A DNA stretch of 61,546 nucleotides, filler included. It is 4 parts of 4 records of this genome, joined end to end, with 100 filler letters (N's around TTAATTAATTAA, not from the genome) between each part and the next. Parts side by side here need not be neighbours in the genome. Positions count along the whole stretch, not along the records: positions 18,889 to 40,287 come from SRR31156797_16089; 3 more parts are not named here. One strand, 5' to 3'. Within the stretch, counting starts at the first letter, position 1, and every line of letters begins with the position of its first letter. The notes under the pieces were generated by a model. That model ran no database searches and had not been told where the DNA came from. It saw only the letters and a list, made by a program, of their open reading frames with translations. This document shows positions 19,512-28,866 of this stretch, one piece after another. A program made the position numbers and the translations under genes.

Positions 19512-20321
19512 ATGATGGATTTTTCGGAAAAAAGGATACTGGGTAAAACCGGACTCAGCGTCGGACCTCTGGGTGTGGCCTCCAGCTTCGGGGCCCCCGC
19601 CGAAGCCTTTGAAGAAGCTTTTGAAAGGGGCTGCAACTATTTCTACTGGGGTTCCATGCGCAAAAGCGGGATGCGTAACGCCATCCGAAACCTCTGCGGC
19701 CTGGGAAGAAGGGACGAACTGGTCATTGTGATCCAGAGCTATTCCCGCTCCGCCGCCCTCATGGAGACATTTTTTGAAAACGCCTTGAAATCCCTGGGGC
19801 TTCATCAGGCAGATATCCTTCTACTGGGTTGGCATAATAAAGCCCCTTCCGAGAGAATCCTCGAAAGAGCGCTTACCATGAAGGAAAAAGGGCTCTTCCG
19901 CTTTCTGGCCCTGTCCGGTCACAACCGCCCCCTCTTTCCAGAGCTTTCTCCATCCGGCGATTTTGATCTCTTCCATGTCCGTTACAATGCGGCCCACCGG
20001 GGCGCGGAGCAGGAGATCTTTCCCCATATGAAGGAAAGGGAGAGCACACCCGGAATCGTCTCATATACGGCCACCCGTTGGGGGCAGCTTCTGAAGACGA
20101 AAAAGACGCCGCCCGGGGAAGTGCCCCTATGTGCCAGCGATTGCTACCGGTTTGTCCTGTCCAACCCTGCGGTGAATGTGTGTATGTGCGGTCCCAGGGA
20201 CCCGTCACAAATGAAAGAGGGTTTAAGGACCCTGGACCTGGGACCCCTTACCCCTGAAGAAATGGAAAGGATCAAAAAGGTCGGGGATTTTGTTCACCAA
20301 AACAGCTCCCGGTTTTTCTGA
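19512..20321 (+). CDS. Aldo/keto reductase family protein (short form)
   Basis: KRILGKTGLSVGPLG, LKSLGLHQADILLL, LSGHNR, RYNAAHRGAE, YRFVLSNPAVNV..GP. Confidence 0.85.
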   Translation: MMDFSEKRILGKTGLSVGPLGVASSFGAPAEAFEEAFERGCNYFYWGSMRKSGMRNAIRNLCGLGRRDELVIVIQSYSRSAALMETFFENALKSLGLHQADILLLGWHNKAPSERILERALTMKEKGLFRFLALSGHNRPLFPELSPSGDFDLFHVRYNAAHRGAEQEIFPHMKERESTPGIVSYTATRWGQLLKTKKTPPGEVPLCASDCYRFVLSNPAVNVCMCGPRDPSQMKEGLRTLDLGPLTPEEMERIKKVGDFVHQNSSRFF

Positions 20322-20383
20322 AACAATGGTTTTAGTGCAACGGAGGGCACATCTGGTATTGTCGTGTTCTCGGATGGAGTGAT

Positions 20384-22315
20384 ATGGCTTCAATGAACGG
20401 TTCATATTCAGCGCACCGGGACCAGGCGGAAAAGACCGGGGTTTATGAGGATTCAAAAAAGAGAGAGTTTGCCAAGCTCTCTCTGGCCACCCTCGGCGTG
20501 GTCTTTGGAGATATCGGCACGAGCCCGCTTTACGCCGTCCGGGAGTGCTTTCATGGAGAATACGGCATTCCCGTGACCCATGGGAATGTTTTGGGGGTCA
20601 TCTCTCTCATGTTCTGGGCCCTCCTGATGATCGTAACCGTAAAGTACATGACCTTCATTCTGAGGGCGGACAATCAGGGTGAAGGCGGGGTCATGGCCCT
20701 TACGGCCCTGATTAAGGGCGGGGCCCGCACCAGGGGCCGGCGATGGCGTCTTGTGGCGGTGGGGCTTTTTGCCAGTTGTCTCCTGTATGGAGACGGTATG
20801 ATCACGCCTGCCATTTCCGTGTTGAGCGCCGTTGAGGGCGCCCGTATTTTCGCACCGGCGCTAAAGCCTTACATCATTCCCCTGACCGTGTGCATCCTTG
20901 CAGCACTTTTCATGATTCAGCGCCGCGGCACCGGAAGGATAGGCAGCCTTTTCGGCCCCATCATGTTCATTTGGTTCTTCATCCTCGCGATCCTGGGACT
21001 CATCCAGATCATTCAATCGCCTCGAATCCTCCTCGCGGTGCTCCCTTCCTACGGTATTGAATTTATCATTCAGAACGGGTTTCACGGCTTTGCAGTGCTC
21101 GGGGCCGTTTTTCTCGTGGTCACGGGGGCCGAAGCCATGTACGCCGACCTGGGTCACTTTGGAAAACCGCCCATTCGCCTCACATGGCTTTCGTTGGTAT
21201 TTCCAGCCCTCTTTCTGAACTATTTCGGTCAAGGGGCTCTTTTGTTAAGGAGGCCTGAAGAGGCTTATCATCCATTCTATGCCTTGGCACCTTCATGGGC
21301 CCTGGCACCCATGGTGCTGCTGGCCACAGTCGCCGCAATCATCGCGTCCCAAGCCGTCATCACCGGAGCTTTTTCCTTGACGCGACAGGCCATTCAACTG
21401 GAATATCTTCCCCGCCTCAAGGTCACGCACACCTCGGCTTTTCACAGGGGGCAGGTGTATGTGGCGCCGGTGAACTGGTTGCTGATGATATGCACCATCG
21501 GTCTGGTGGTGGGGTTTCAGAACTCCGGCAAACTGGCGGCGGCATACGGCGCTGCCGTCACATCGACCATGTTGGTCACCACAACGCTGTTTTATATCAT
21601 CGCTCGGGAAAAATGGGGCTGGAGCCGCCTGTGGGCGGGTTCCCTTGTGGGGCTCTTTTTTCTGGTGGATCTCTCCTTTTTCAGTGCAAACGCCAGCAAG
21701 CTTTTACACGGAGCCTGGTTTCCTTTAGCTATCGGTGCGGCCTTCTTTTACCTCATGCTGACCTGGAAGGACGGCCTTGATATTCTTAAGGGGCAGCTTT
21801 CGCGCTTCACCATGAGCTATGGTAAATTCGTAAAGCGATTGGCGGCCGCCCCGCCCCATCGGGTGAGAGGTCAAGCCATATTCCAGGGAAGAAGTCCCGA
21901 TCTTGTACCGCCGGCCCTTATTCACAACATCAACCACAATAGGATCATCCATTCCCATACCGCCATCCTGCACTACAAGACCCTTGATATACCCAAGGTC
22001 CCAAACCTGGAAAAGGTGACGGTCGAGAAGATGGGGAGCAGCATCCAGCAGATCACCGCCCGGTTCGGTTTTATGGAGCAACCCAACATGGCCACAATAC
22101 TCAGTCTGGCCCGTGAAAAGGGTTTGGAAATGCAGTTGGAGAATGTAAGCTTCTTTCTGGGCCGTGCAAAACTGGTTATTTTGGACAAACCCAAAATGAG
22201 CCGCTGGCGATCCAACCTTTTCCTGTTGCTCTTTAGAAATTCAGTGGACACACCTTCTTTCCTGAGAATTCCGCCCAATCAGGTGATGGAGGTGGGCCTC
22301 CAATTTCGGCTCTAG
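20384..22315 (+). CDS. kup: KUP/HAK/KT potassium transporter
   Basis: LGVVFGDIGTSPLY, ADNQGEGG, YGDGMITPAISVLSAVEG, GAEAMYADLGHF, LAAAYG. Confidence 0.96.
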   Translation: MASMNGSYSAHRDQAEKTGVYEDSKKREFAKLSLATLGVVFGDIGTSPLYAVRECFHGEYGIPVTHGNVLGVISLMFWALLMIVTVKYMTFILRADNQGEGGVMALTALIKGGARTRGRRWRLVAVGLFASCLLYGDGMITPAISVLSAVEGARIFAPALKPYIIPLTVCILAALFMIQRRGTGRIGSLFGPIMFIWFFILAILGLIQIIQSPRILLAVLPSYGIEFIIQNGFHGFAVLGAVFLVVTGAEAMYADLGHFGKPPIRLTWLSLVFPALFLNYFGQGALLLRRPEEAYHPFYALAPSWALAPMVLLATVAAIIASQAVITGAFSLTRQAIQLEYLPRLKVTHTSAFHRGQVYVAPVNWLLMICTIGLVVGFQNSGKLAAAYGAAVTSTMLVTTTLFYIIAREKWGWSRLWAGSLVGLFFLVDLSFFSANASKLLHGAWFPLAIGAAFFYLMLTWKDGLDILKGQLSRFTMSYGKFVKRLAAAPPHRVRGQAIFQGRSPDLVPPALIHNINHNRIIHSHTAILHYKTLDIPKVPNLEKVTVEKMGSSIQQITARFGFMEQPNMATILSLAREKGLEMQLENVSFFLGRAKLVILDKPKMSRWRSNLFLLLFRNSVDTPSFLRIPPNQVMEVGLQFRL

Positions 22316-22356
22316 TCCGTTTTTTCAGAGTCGGTGAGGTGTGCAGGAACATGGGC

Positions 22357-23733
22357 TTATTTTTTGCGCAATGCCTCCAGATCACGCCCATTCTGGTGAA
22401 GGATAAGCTTATTGACCCGGCCGTCTTCCCTCGGCACAAAGGTAATCTCCGCCGCCACGACCTTGTAGAAGAATTTTTCTTTTGTTTCGGGAAACACCGG
22501 GAATTTATCCTGGCCGGTCGCCTGTACCATCAACCGACCCTTTTCAACCGTCACGCTCAGTCCGAACTCCGGTGTTACGGCATAGTATCCCGCATATGAT
22601 TTCAGAAGCACAGGATCCACTTCGATGACCTTGCGGGGTTTGGGGATTCTGATCTCCCGACCAAGGGCAATGCGCGTCACCCGCTCCCCGAATTCGTCAA
22701 GCCGCATGTTGGCGGTATTCGCCAAAACCACCACGCCCACCTCATTTTCCGGGGAAATGGCCAACCATGCGTGGTATCCGCCGGTCCCCCCATTGTGCCA
22801 TAAGGTTTTCCCGTCACGGGCCACATGCCAGCCCAGCCCCATGGACAACCCGTCTTCCATGTCATGACGCTTCACATGGGAAAGACGCAAGGCCCGTGTC
22901 AGCGGTTCATGATCCCTTTTCAGATTTGCTTTGATAAATCGGATCATGTCGTTAACCGATGAACGGATGGCGCCGGCCCCGGCCAGAACGGGGATATCCC
23001 AGTTTTTGCAGGGTTTCAAAGCCATGTCGTAGGGAGGCGCCAAACGCTTGAGTTGATCCCGGGTCAGGGCTATTCCGGTGTCTTTCATACCCAGCCGATT
23101 ACAGATACGCACCCGCAACAATTGCTCGTATGTCATGCCCCATTGACGGGCCAGCACGTTGCCCAGCAGCCCCATGGCATAGTTGGAATACTCGTATTGT
23201 CCCGGAGGCCGGCGCAGGTGGTGTCCTTCAAGGAACGTATACATCTGCGCCACCGTGTAATCCGCGTACGGATTGAGGGGATCGGAAGGCTTGAAGTTGT
23301 CCGGCATGCGCGGCAAGCCCGAGGTGTGGGTGGCCATGTGTTCAAGGGTGATGGGTTTGCCGTCAAAAACCGGGGCATTTACCGATGACGGCAGGTGCTT
23401 TTGTAACGGATCCTCAAGATATAAGGTACCATTCTGCAACATATCCGCCAGCAGAACACCGGTAAACACCTTAGTGATGGAACCGATCTCGTATATGGTA
23501 TCACCGCCGGGCACAGTGCCGGAACCCTTGATGGTTTCCCCATAAGCGATAACCTGGCTTTGCCCCTTCTCCACAACCCCGATCACCAATCCGACGGCCA
23601 TGTGGTCCTTGATCAGGGGTCGCGCAAATGGGTCGATCTTTTCCTTTAAATCCAAGCCGTAGGCAGCAGACACCATGGCTGCCGCACAGATCATCATGAA
23701 TAAAAAGAAGAAATGCCAGGAACGTTTTCGCAT
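22357..23733 (-). CDS. Secreted serine hydrolase (beta-lactamase class C-like) with DUF3471-like C-terminal domain
   Basis: Signal peptide, SxxK (GSITK), HTSGLP, YSN, WHNGGTGG. C-terminal L..YAGYY...LMVQATGQ.KF. Confidence 0.9.
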   Translation of the reverse strand: MRKRSWHFFFLFMMICAAAMVSAAYGLDLKEKIDPFARPLIKDHMAVGLVIGVVEKGQSQVIAYGETIKGSGTVPGGDTIYEIGSITKVFTGVLLADMLQNGTLYLEDPLQKHLPSSVNAPVFDGKPITLEHMATHTSGLPRMPDNFKPSDPLNPYADYTVAQMYTFLEGHHLRRPPGQYEYSNYAMGLLGNVLARQWGMTYEQLLRVRICNRLGMKDTGIALTRDQLKRLAPPYDMALKPCKNWDIPVLAGAGAIRSSVNDMIRFIKANLKRDHEPLTRALRLSHVKRHDMEDGLSMGLGWHVARDGKTLWHNGGTGGYHAWLAISPENEVGVVVLANTANMRLDEFGERVTRIALGREIRIPKPRKVIEVDPVLLKSYAGYYAVTPEFGLSVTVEKGRLMVQATGQDKFPVFPETKEKFFYKVVAAEITFVPREDGRVNKLILHQNGRDLEALRKK

Positions 23734-23769
23734 TTAAATAACCTCCACACAGTTCATGCAAACAATGCT

Positions 23770-24027
23770 TTATGAGGGCTCAGGGATGTCCATCAAATGG
23801 TCTGAACCGTTACGCCTTAAATCATAAAGAATCTCTTCGATTTCCTGATGATTTTTTTCTGGTGCGCTGATATAACCCCATCCCTTCTGTGTCTGAAAAA
23901 GTCCATCGAAAGCGGTGTCGTGGTAGGAACGGAGGCGGTGGGGGATCCTCCTTTCAAGGAGGATGGATGCCACCAATTGAGCCTCGAATTCATTCTCCAG
24001 GATAGCTGCCTTTTTGAAGTTTTCCAT
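23770..24027 (-). CDS. DUF2007-like small protein
   Basis: LENEFEAQLVASILLERRIPH.LRSYHDTAFDGLFQTQKGWG. Confidence 0.75.
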   Translation of the reverse strand: MENFKKAAILENEFEAQLVASILLERRIPHRLRSYHDTAFDGLFQTQKGWGYISAPEKNHQEIEEILYDLRRNGSDHLMDIPEPS

Positions 24028-24059
24028 ATCAGTATTACAACCCCGGCCGTCATATTCAT

Positions 24060-24686
24060 TTAAAAACGGATTCTGCGCTCATTGCCCTCCGGAAAAGGAT
24101 ATTCCATATGAGCAGCCGTATCCCGAGCCGTACTTTCACCATGGTAACGGACAACCACCTTAAGCGCCATATCAATTCCCGCTGAAATACCGGCCGACGT
24201 GAATACGCGCCCATCCTCAACAACGTGTTTTCCGTACTCAACCTTCACTGCGGGAAAGGAATCACGCATCCAGTCCAACGACCGCCAGTGAGTTGTCGCA
24301 TGCAATCCGTCCAGCAAGCCCGCAAATCCCAGCAACATGGATCCGGTGCAAACCGAAGTCAGTGTTTCAACTTCAGCGGATCGGGAACGCAACCATTGGA
24401 TCATGACCGGATTATTCAATTCCTTGCGCGTACCCCATCCGCCGGGAACAACGAGAATATCCAGTTGCGGGCAATTGTCGAATGAATAATGAGGCGTAAC
24501 TTTCATGCCGCCTGTTGTATCGATGCTGGAAAGGGTTTCAGCCACCAGAAAAACTTCGAATGGGGACGGCTCTTCCTGCCGATTCTCCTCATTGAGACGG
24601 GTTGCTGAAAACACCTCGAAGGGACCGCAAAAATCAAGGACCTCGATATCGTTAAAAATAACTATTCCAACCCGTTTTCTAATCAT
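24060..24686 (-). CDS. DJ-1/PfpI family protein (isonitrile hydratase-like)
   Basis: EVLDFCGPFEVF, LVVPGG.G, SVCTGS, ATTHW, TSAGISAGID. Confidence 0.92.
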   Translation of the reverse strand: MIRKRVGIVIFNDIEVLDFCGPFEVFSATRLNEENRQEEPSPFEVFLVAETLSSIDTTGGMKVTPHYSFDNCPQLDILVVPGGWGTRKELNNPVMIQWLRSRSAEVETLTSVCTGSMLLGFAGLLDGLHATTHWRSLDWMRDSFPAVKVEYGKHVVEDGRVFTSAGISAGIDMALKVVVRYHGESTARDTAAHMEYPFPEGNERRIRF

Positions 24687-24914
24687 TATCCCCTCTCAAT
24701 CACAAGTTTTTCATTTGATGTTTAAGCCGGTATCATCAAAGGCCACTATACGGTATGGCACGGATTTGCAAAAGAACATTTTAACAGGGTTTTTCATTAT
24801 TTTAAATCCGCCTGGAGGCGGATCACTTCCCTTGACAGCATTCTTTCATCTGCCGTATGATTTCGCCACACAGCGAACAATTTTCGCGAAACCCTGTTTT
24901 TTCGAGGAAAGAAT

Positions 24915-26057
24915 ATGAGACCCTTAGACGGTATCAAGGTCATTGAAATGGCGGGACTGGCTCCGTCCCCCTACTGCGGCATGTTGTTAAGCGATTTCGG
25001 GGCGGATGTGATCATTGTGGACCGGTTGACAAAGGGGGCACCTGAGATCCCCTACATCATGAAAAAAAACCCCTTTGACCGGGGCAAGAGATCCATGCGG
25101 GTGAACCTTAAATCGGAGGACGGCATTAAAATTGTCAAAGGGATGATTCAAAGGGGAGACGTTCTGGTGGAACCCTACCGTCCCGGCGTAATGGAAGCCC
25201 TCAGCCTGGGACCTGATGACGCTCTGAAACTCAATCCAAAACTGATCTTTGCCCGCCTCACCGGCTGGGGCCAGACCGGGGATTTTGCTTCCATGGCCGG
25301 TCACGACATCAACTACATAGCCCTTTCAGGCGCCCTCTCCCTTTTTAGGAGAAAGGGGGAACGCCCCCTCCCCCCGGCCAACCTCTTGGGAGACTTTGCG
25401 GGCGGCGGCATGCTTTGCGCCATGGGCATTCTTCTGGCACTCTTCGAGCGCACCCGCTCGGGCAAAGGACAGGTCATCGATTCGGCCATGCTGGACGGCG
25501 CCGCCAACCTGTCCGTCATGTTCCACGGCCTGCTGGCCCACAATCTCATGAGCCTTGATATCGGCACCAATCCACTGGATAGCGGTGCACCCTTTTACCA
25601 GACCTATGAAACCGCCGACGGAGAATTCATGTCCGTGGGGGCCATCGAACAGCGGTTTTATGCGGAACTGCTGGCAGGCCTGGAGCTGGATCCCAAAACC
25701 CTGCCCCACCAGTTTGATATGGCAAAATGGCCTGAAATGATAGAGCGTTTTGCGGAAGTCTTTAAAACCAAAACAAGAGATCAATGGACTGCCGTCTTCG
25801 ATGGAAAAGACGCCTGCGTGGCGCCGGTTTTGAACCTGGACGAGGTATCGGGACATCCCCATAACAAAGAACGGAACATCATTGTGGACATTGACGGTGT
25901 ACCCCAGCCGGCCCCCGCACCAAAGCTTTCCCGAACCCCGGGAAAGGCCCGCGAAGCCAAAGGGCCGAGAGGCGCCAACACCAAGGAAATTCTGGCGGAA
26001 ATGGGATATTCGGATCCGCGGATCCAGGCGTTGATCAAGGCCGGTGTCGTGGAATAG
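24915..26057 (+). CDS. CaiB/BaiF family III CoA-transferase, alpha-methylacyl-CoA racemase-like
   Basis: PLDGIKVIEMAGLAP, RGKRS, EPYRPGVME, AGHDINYIALSG, NLLGDFAGGG. Confidence 0.92.
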   Translation: MRPLDGIKVIEMAGLAPSPYCGMLLSDFGADVIIVDRLTKGAPEIPYIMKKNPFDRGKRSMRVNLKSEDGIKIVKGMIQRGDVLVEPYRPGVMEALSLGPDDALKLNPKLIFARLTGWGQTGDFASMAGHDINYIALSGALSLFRRKGERPLPPANLLGDFAGGGMLCAMGILLALFERTRSGKGQVIDSAMLDGAANLSVMFHGLLAHNLMSLDIGTNPLDSGAPFYQTYETADGEFMSVGAIEQRFYAELLAGLELDPKTLPHQFDMAKWPEMIERFAEVFKTKTRDQWTAVFDGKDACVAPVLNLDEVSGHPHNKERNIIVDIDGVPQPAPAPKLSRTPGKAREAKGPRGANTKEILAEMGYSDPRIQALIKAGVVE

Positions 26058-26072
26058 TGCCCATAATAAATA

Positions 26073-26113
26073 AGGGGCGATGATTGTTCAATCACCGCCC
26101 CCTATTATTTTTT
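26073..26113. terminator. Bidirectional intrinsic terminator between convergent genes
   Basis: AGGGGCG-A-TGATTG-TT-CAATCA-C-CGCCCCT flanked by A/T tracts. Confidence 0.75.
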
Positions 26114-26127
26114 AACCTGGTGAGGCT

Positions 26128-28038
26128 TTACGCCACATTCTGAAATTCCGCGTCAATGACATCGTCCTCCTGACCGCTGGGTTCCCGGGAACCGCAACCT
26201 CCCTGGCAGCCACCGGCATCCTGCTGCTGAGCCTGCTGGTACATATTGGCCGACATTTTCTGAGCCGCCTGGTTCAAGGCCTCGGCGGAACGGTTAATGT
26301 GATCCGTGTCATCCCCCTTGAGAGCACTCTTGAGCTGAGACACGGCACCCTCGATCTCGCCTCTGATATCTTGCGGCACCTGCTCGCCCAATTCCCCAAG
26401 AGACTTTTCCGTTTGGTAAATCAGGGCATCGGCCCCGTTTCTGGCTTCCACCAACGCTTTCTGCCGCCGGTCCTCATCACCGTGCAATTCCGCCTCCCGC
26501 ACCAAACTGTCAATCTCCTCCTTGCTCAATCCGGAAGCTGCCGTAATACGGATGGACTGCTGTTTTCCCGTGGCCTGGTCCTTGGCGGAAACCTCCACAA
26601 TGCCGTTGGCATCGATATCAAAGGTCACCTCCACCTGGGGCATACCCCTAGGCGCCGGCGCAATGCCCACCAGTTCGAACCGGCCCAGGGTCTTGTTGTG
26701 GGCAGCCATCTCCCGCTCCCCCTGGAGCACGTGGACGGAAACGGCGGGCTGATTATCCTCGGCAGTGGAAAACACCTGACTCTTTTTGGCGGGGATGGTG
26801 GTGTTCTTGTCGATGAGGCGTGTCATCACACCCCCCAAGGTCTCAATTCCCAGGGAAAGCGGGGTTACGTCCAGCAACAGAACATCTTTCACATCCCCTT
26901 TCAAGACCCCGCCCTGAATGGCGGCCCCCAAGGCAACCACCTCATCGGGATTAACACCCCGATTGGGCTCTTTGCCGAACACGGCCTTGGCCCGCTCCTG
27001 AACCGCCGGCATTCGGGTCATGCCGCCCACCAGAATCACTTCATCAATATCTCCCCGGCCCAGTCCCGCATCCTTTAAAGCGGTCCTGCAGGGCCCTTCC
27101 AGACGGTCCAGCAATTCACCCACCAGGGCTTCCAGCTTGGCCCTGGTGATCTTAATATCCAGGTGTTTGGGGCCGGAGGCATCGGCTGTGATAAAGGGCA
27201 GATTCACATTGGTCTCAAGGGATCCCGAAAGTTCCATTTTACCCTTCTCAGCCGCTTCTTTCAGCCGCTGCAGCGCCATCTTGTCGTTTCGAAGATCGAG
27301 CCCCTGGTCTTTTTTAAATTCATCCGCCAGATAGTCCACCAGCCGAAGGTCAAAGTCTTCCCCCCCCAGATGGGTGTCGCCGTTGGTGGCCTTCACTTCA
27401 AAAACCCCGTCGCCCAGTTCAAGGATGGAAAGGTCAAATGTTCCGCCGCCAAGGTCAAAGACCGCCACCTTCTCGTCCCCCTTTTTATCCAGGCCGTAGG
27501 CAAGGGATGCGGCGGTGGGTTCGTTGATAATCCTGAGTACGTTTAACCCGGCAACCTTACCCGCATCCTTGGTGGCCTGCCGCTGGCTGTCGTTAAAATA
27601 AGCCGGCACGGTAATGACCGCATCGGTCACTTTTTCACCCAGGTACTCCTCCGCCGACTTTTTCAGGTTGGACAGGATAAAGGATGATATTTCAGCGGGG
27701 CTGTGATTTTTGCCCCGGATTCTAATTTGAACGTCCCCGTTTCGTGCCTTTTCAATCTTATAGGGGAGAATCTCGATATCATCCTGAACTTCCTTTGAAT
27801 CATATTTCCGCCCGATCAACCGTTTGACGCCGAATACCGTATTCTCAGGGTTTGTGATGGCCTGCCGTTTGGCCGTCTGGCCCACAAGCCGCTCCCCCTT
27901 TTCGGTGACGGCCACGATGGACGGGGTCGTCCTTCCGCCTTCCGCGTTATTGAGGACCACCGGGTCCCCCCCCTCCATGATGGATACACAAGAATTGGTG
28001 GTTCCCAGGTCGATTCCGATTACTTTGCTCATTCCCAT
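26128..28038 (-). CDS. dnaK: Chaperone DnaK (Hsp70)
   Basis: [49 protein letters not shown]-terminal DDVIDAEF. Confidence 0.98.
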   Translation of the reverse strand: MGMSKVIGIDLGTTNSCVSIMEGGDPVVLNNAEGGRTTPSIVAVTEKGERLVGQTAKRQAITNPENTVFGVKRLIGRKYDSKEVQDDIEILPYKIEKARNGDVQIRIRGKNHSPAEISSFILSNLKKSAEEYLGEKVTDAVITVPAYFNDSQRQATKDAGKVAGLNVLRIINEPTAASLAYGLDKKGDEKVAVFDLGGGTFDLSILELGDGVFEVKATNGDTHLGGEDFDLRLVDYLADEFKKDQGLDLRNDKMALQRLKEAAEKGKMELSGSLETNVNLPFITADASGPKHLDIKITRAKLEALVGELLDRLEGPCRTALKDAGLGRGDIDEVILVGGMTRMPAVQERAKAVFGKEPNRGVNPDEVVALGAAIQGGVLKGDVKDVLLLDVTPLSLGIETLGGVMTRLIDKNTTIPAKKSQVFSTAEDNQPAVSVHVLQGEREMAAHNKTLGRFELVGIAPAPRGMPQVEVTFDIDANGIVEVSAKDQATGKQQSIRITAASGLSKEEIDSLVREAELHGDEDRRQKALVEARNGADALIYQTEKSLGELGEQVPQDIRGEIEGAVSQLKSALKGDDTDHINRSAEALNQAAQKMSANMYQQAQQQDAGGCQGGCGSREPSGQEDDVIDAEFQNVA

Positions 28039-28309
28039 TCCCTCCGATATTTTTTATTGGTATGCACAACACCCCTGTTCATGCATTGGTAAAAACCCTC
28101 ATTGGGAATAAAAATAAACATCAATAGGCATATGTCAAGCTTTGACATACGCCATTATGTTTGCATTACTTTTTATATAGATAATATTTCAGTAATGTCG
28201 GCTGGCCGAATCTCGCTGGGAAAGGCCCCTGAAAACAACGGCCAGGGCCCATTCATCCATAATTCAGAAAGCCGCTCGACAATAAATACGCACTTTTTTA
28301 AACATCTAT

Positions 28310-28714
28310 CTATTGAGGCGGGGCGATCAACGCCCTGACATCGGTAACCGTAAATTTTATGGCCGCATGAATCATTTTCGCCGCTTCCTCCCCTGCCGCT
28401 TCCGCGATTTTTGACCTTATTTGATCATAGAGTTGGCCCGCGGTATCGATGGTCTGTGCCAGCAGATACACCCTGCACCCTTTCCAATCCATCAGGGTTT
28501 CTCCAGGCTCCAAAACGATAAAAACAGCTTTGGGATTTTCCTGAAGATATTGAAAGGATCTATTTTGTCCGATCCCCATCACGACCGTGTTTTCATCGAT
28601 CATCTGGGGCGAACCAAAGACGGCCACGTCCACATCTCCGTTTTTATTGGAGGTACTCAGTGTTCCGACTCTCGGCCTTTTGTTGAACATTTCCATAACC
28701 AGTTTTCGATCCAT
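28310..28714 (-). CDS. Pyridoxamine 5'-phosphate oxidase-like FMN-binding protein
   Basis: GTLSTSNKNGDVDVAVFGS...NRSFQYLQENPKAVF...KGCRVYL. AAGGAG RBS before the ATG at 28714. Confidence 0.85.
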   Translation of the reverse strand: MDRKLVMEMFNKRPRVGTLSTSNKNGDVDVAVFGSPQMIDENTVVMGIGQNRSFQYLQENPKAVFIVLEPGETLMDWKGCRVYLLAQTIDTAGQLYDQIRSKIAEAAGEEAAKMIHAAIKFTVTDVRALIAPPQ

Positions 28715-28866
28715 ACCGATCTCCTTTCCTTTTTTCAGGTTATTAAACAGGTTAACGGTTAAAATCTGCTCAGTTCCGCCCCATGCGGCCAGGCAGCTTG
28801 ATGTCAGGATATAATTTTCGGGTGCATTCGGGGCAAATGCTGTGGCTGAATTTGGCATGGGAGCGC

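Noticed and set aside
20322-20383. c-di-AMP riboswitch upstream of kup
   Set aside because: The intergenic gap is only about 60 nt and has no ydaO-type motifs.
22357-23733. Serine hydrolase as an antibiotic-resistance beta-lactamase
   Set aside because: SxxK/YxN/HxG with a DUF3471-like tail is typical of the broad peptidase/esterase family. Resistance cannot be inferred.
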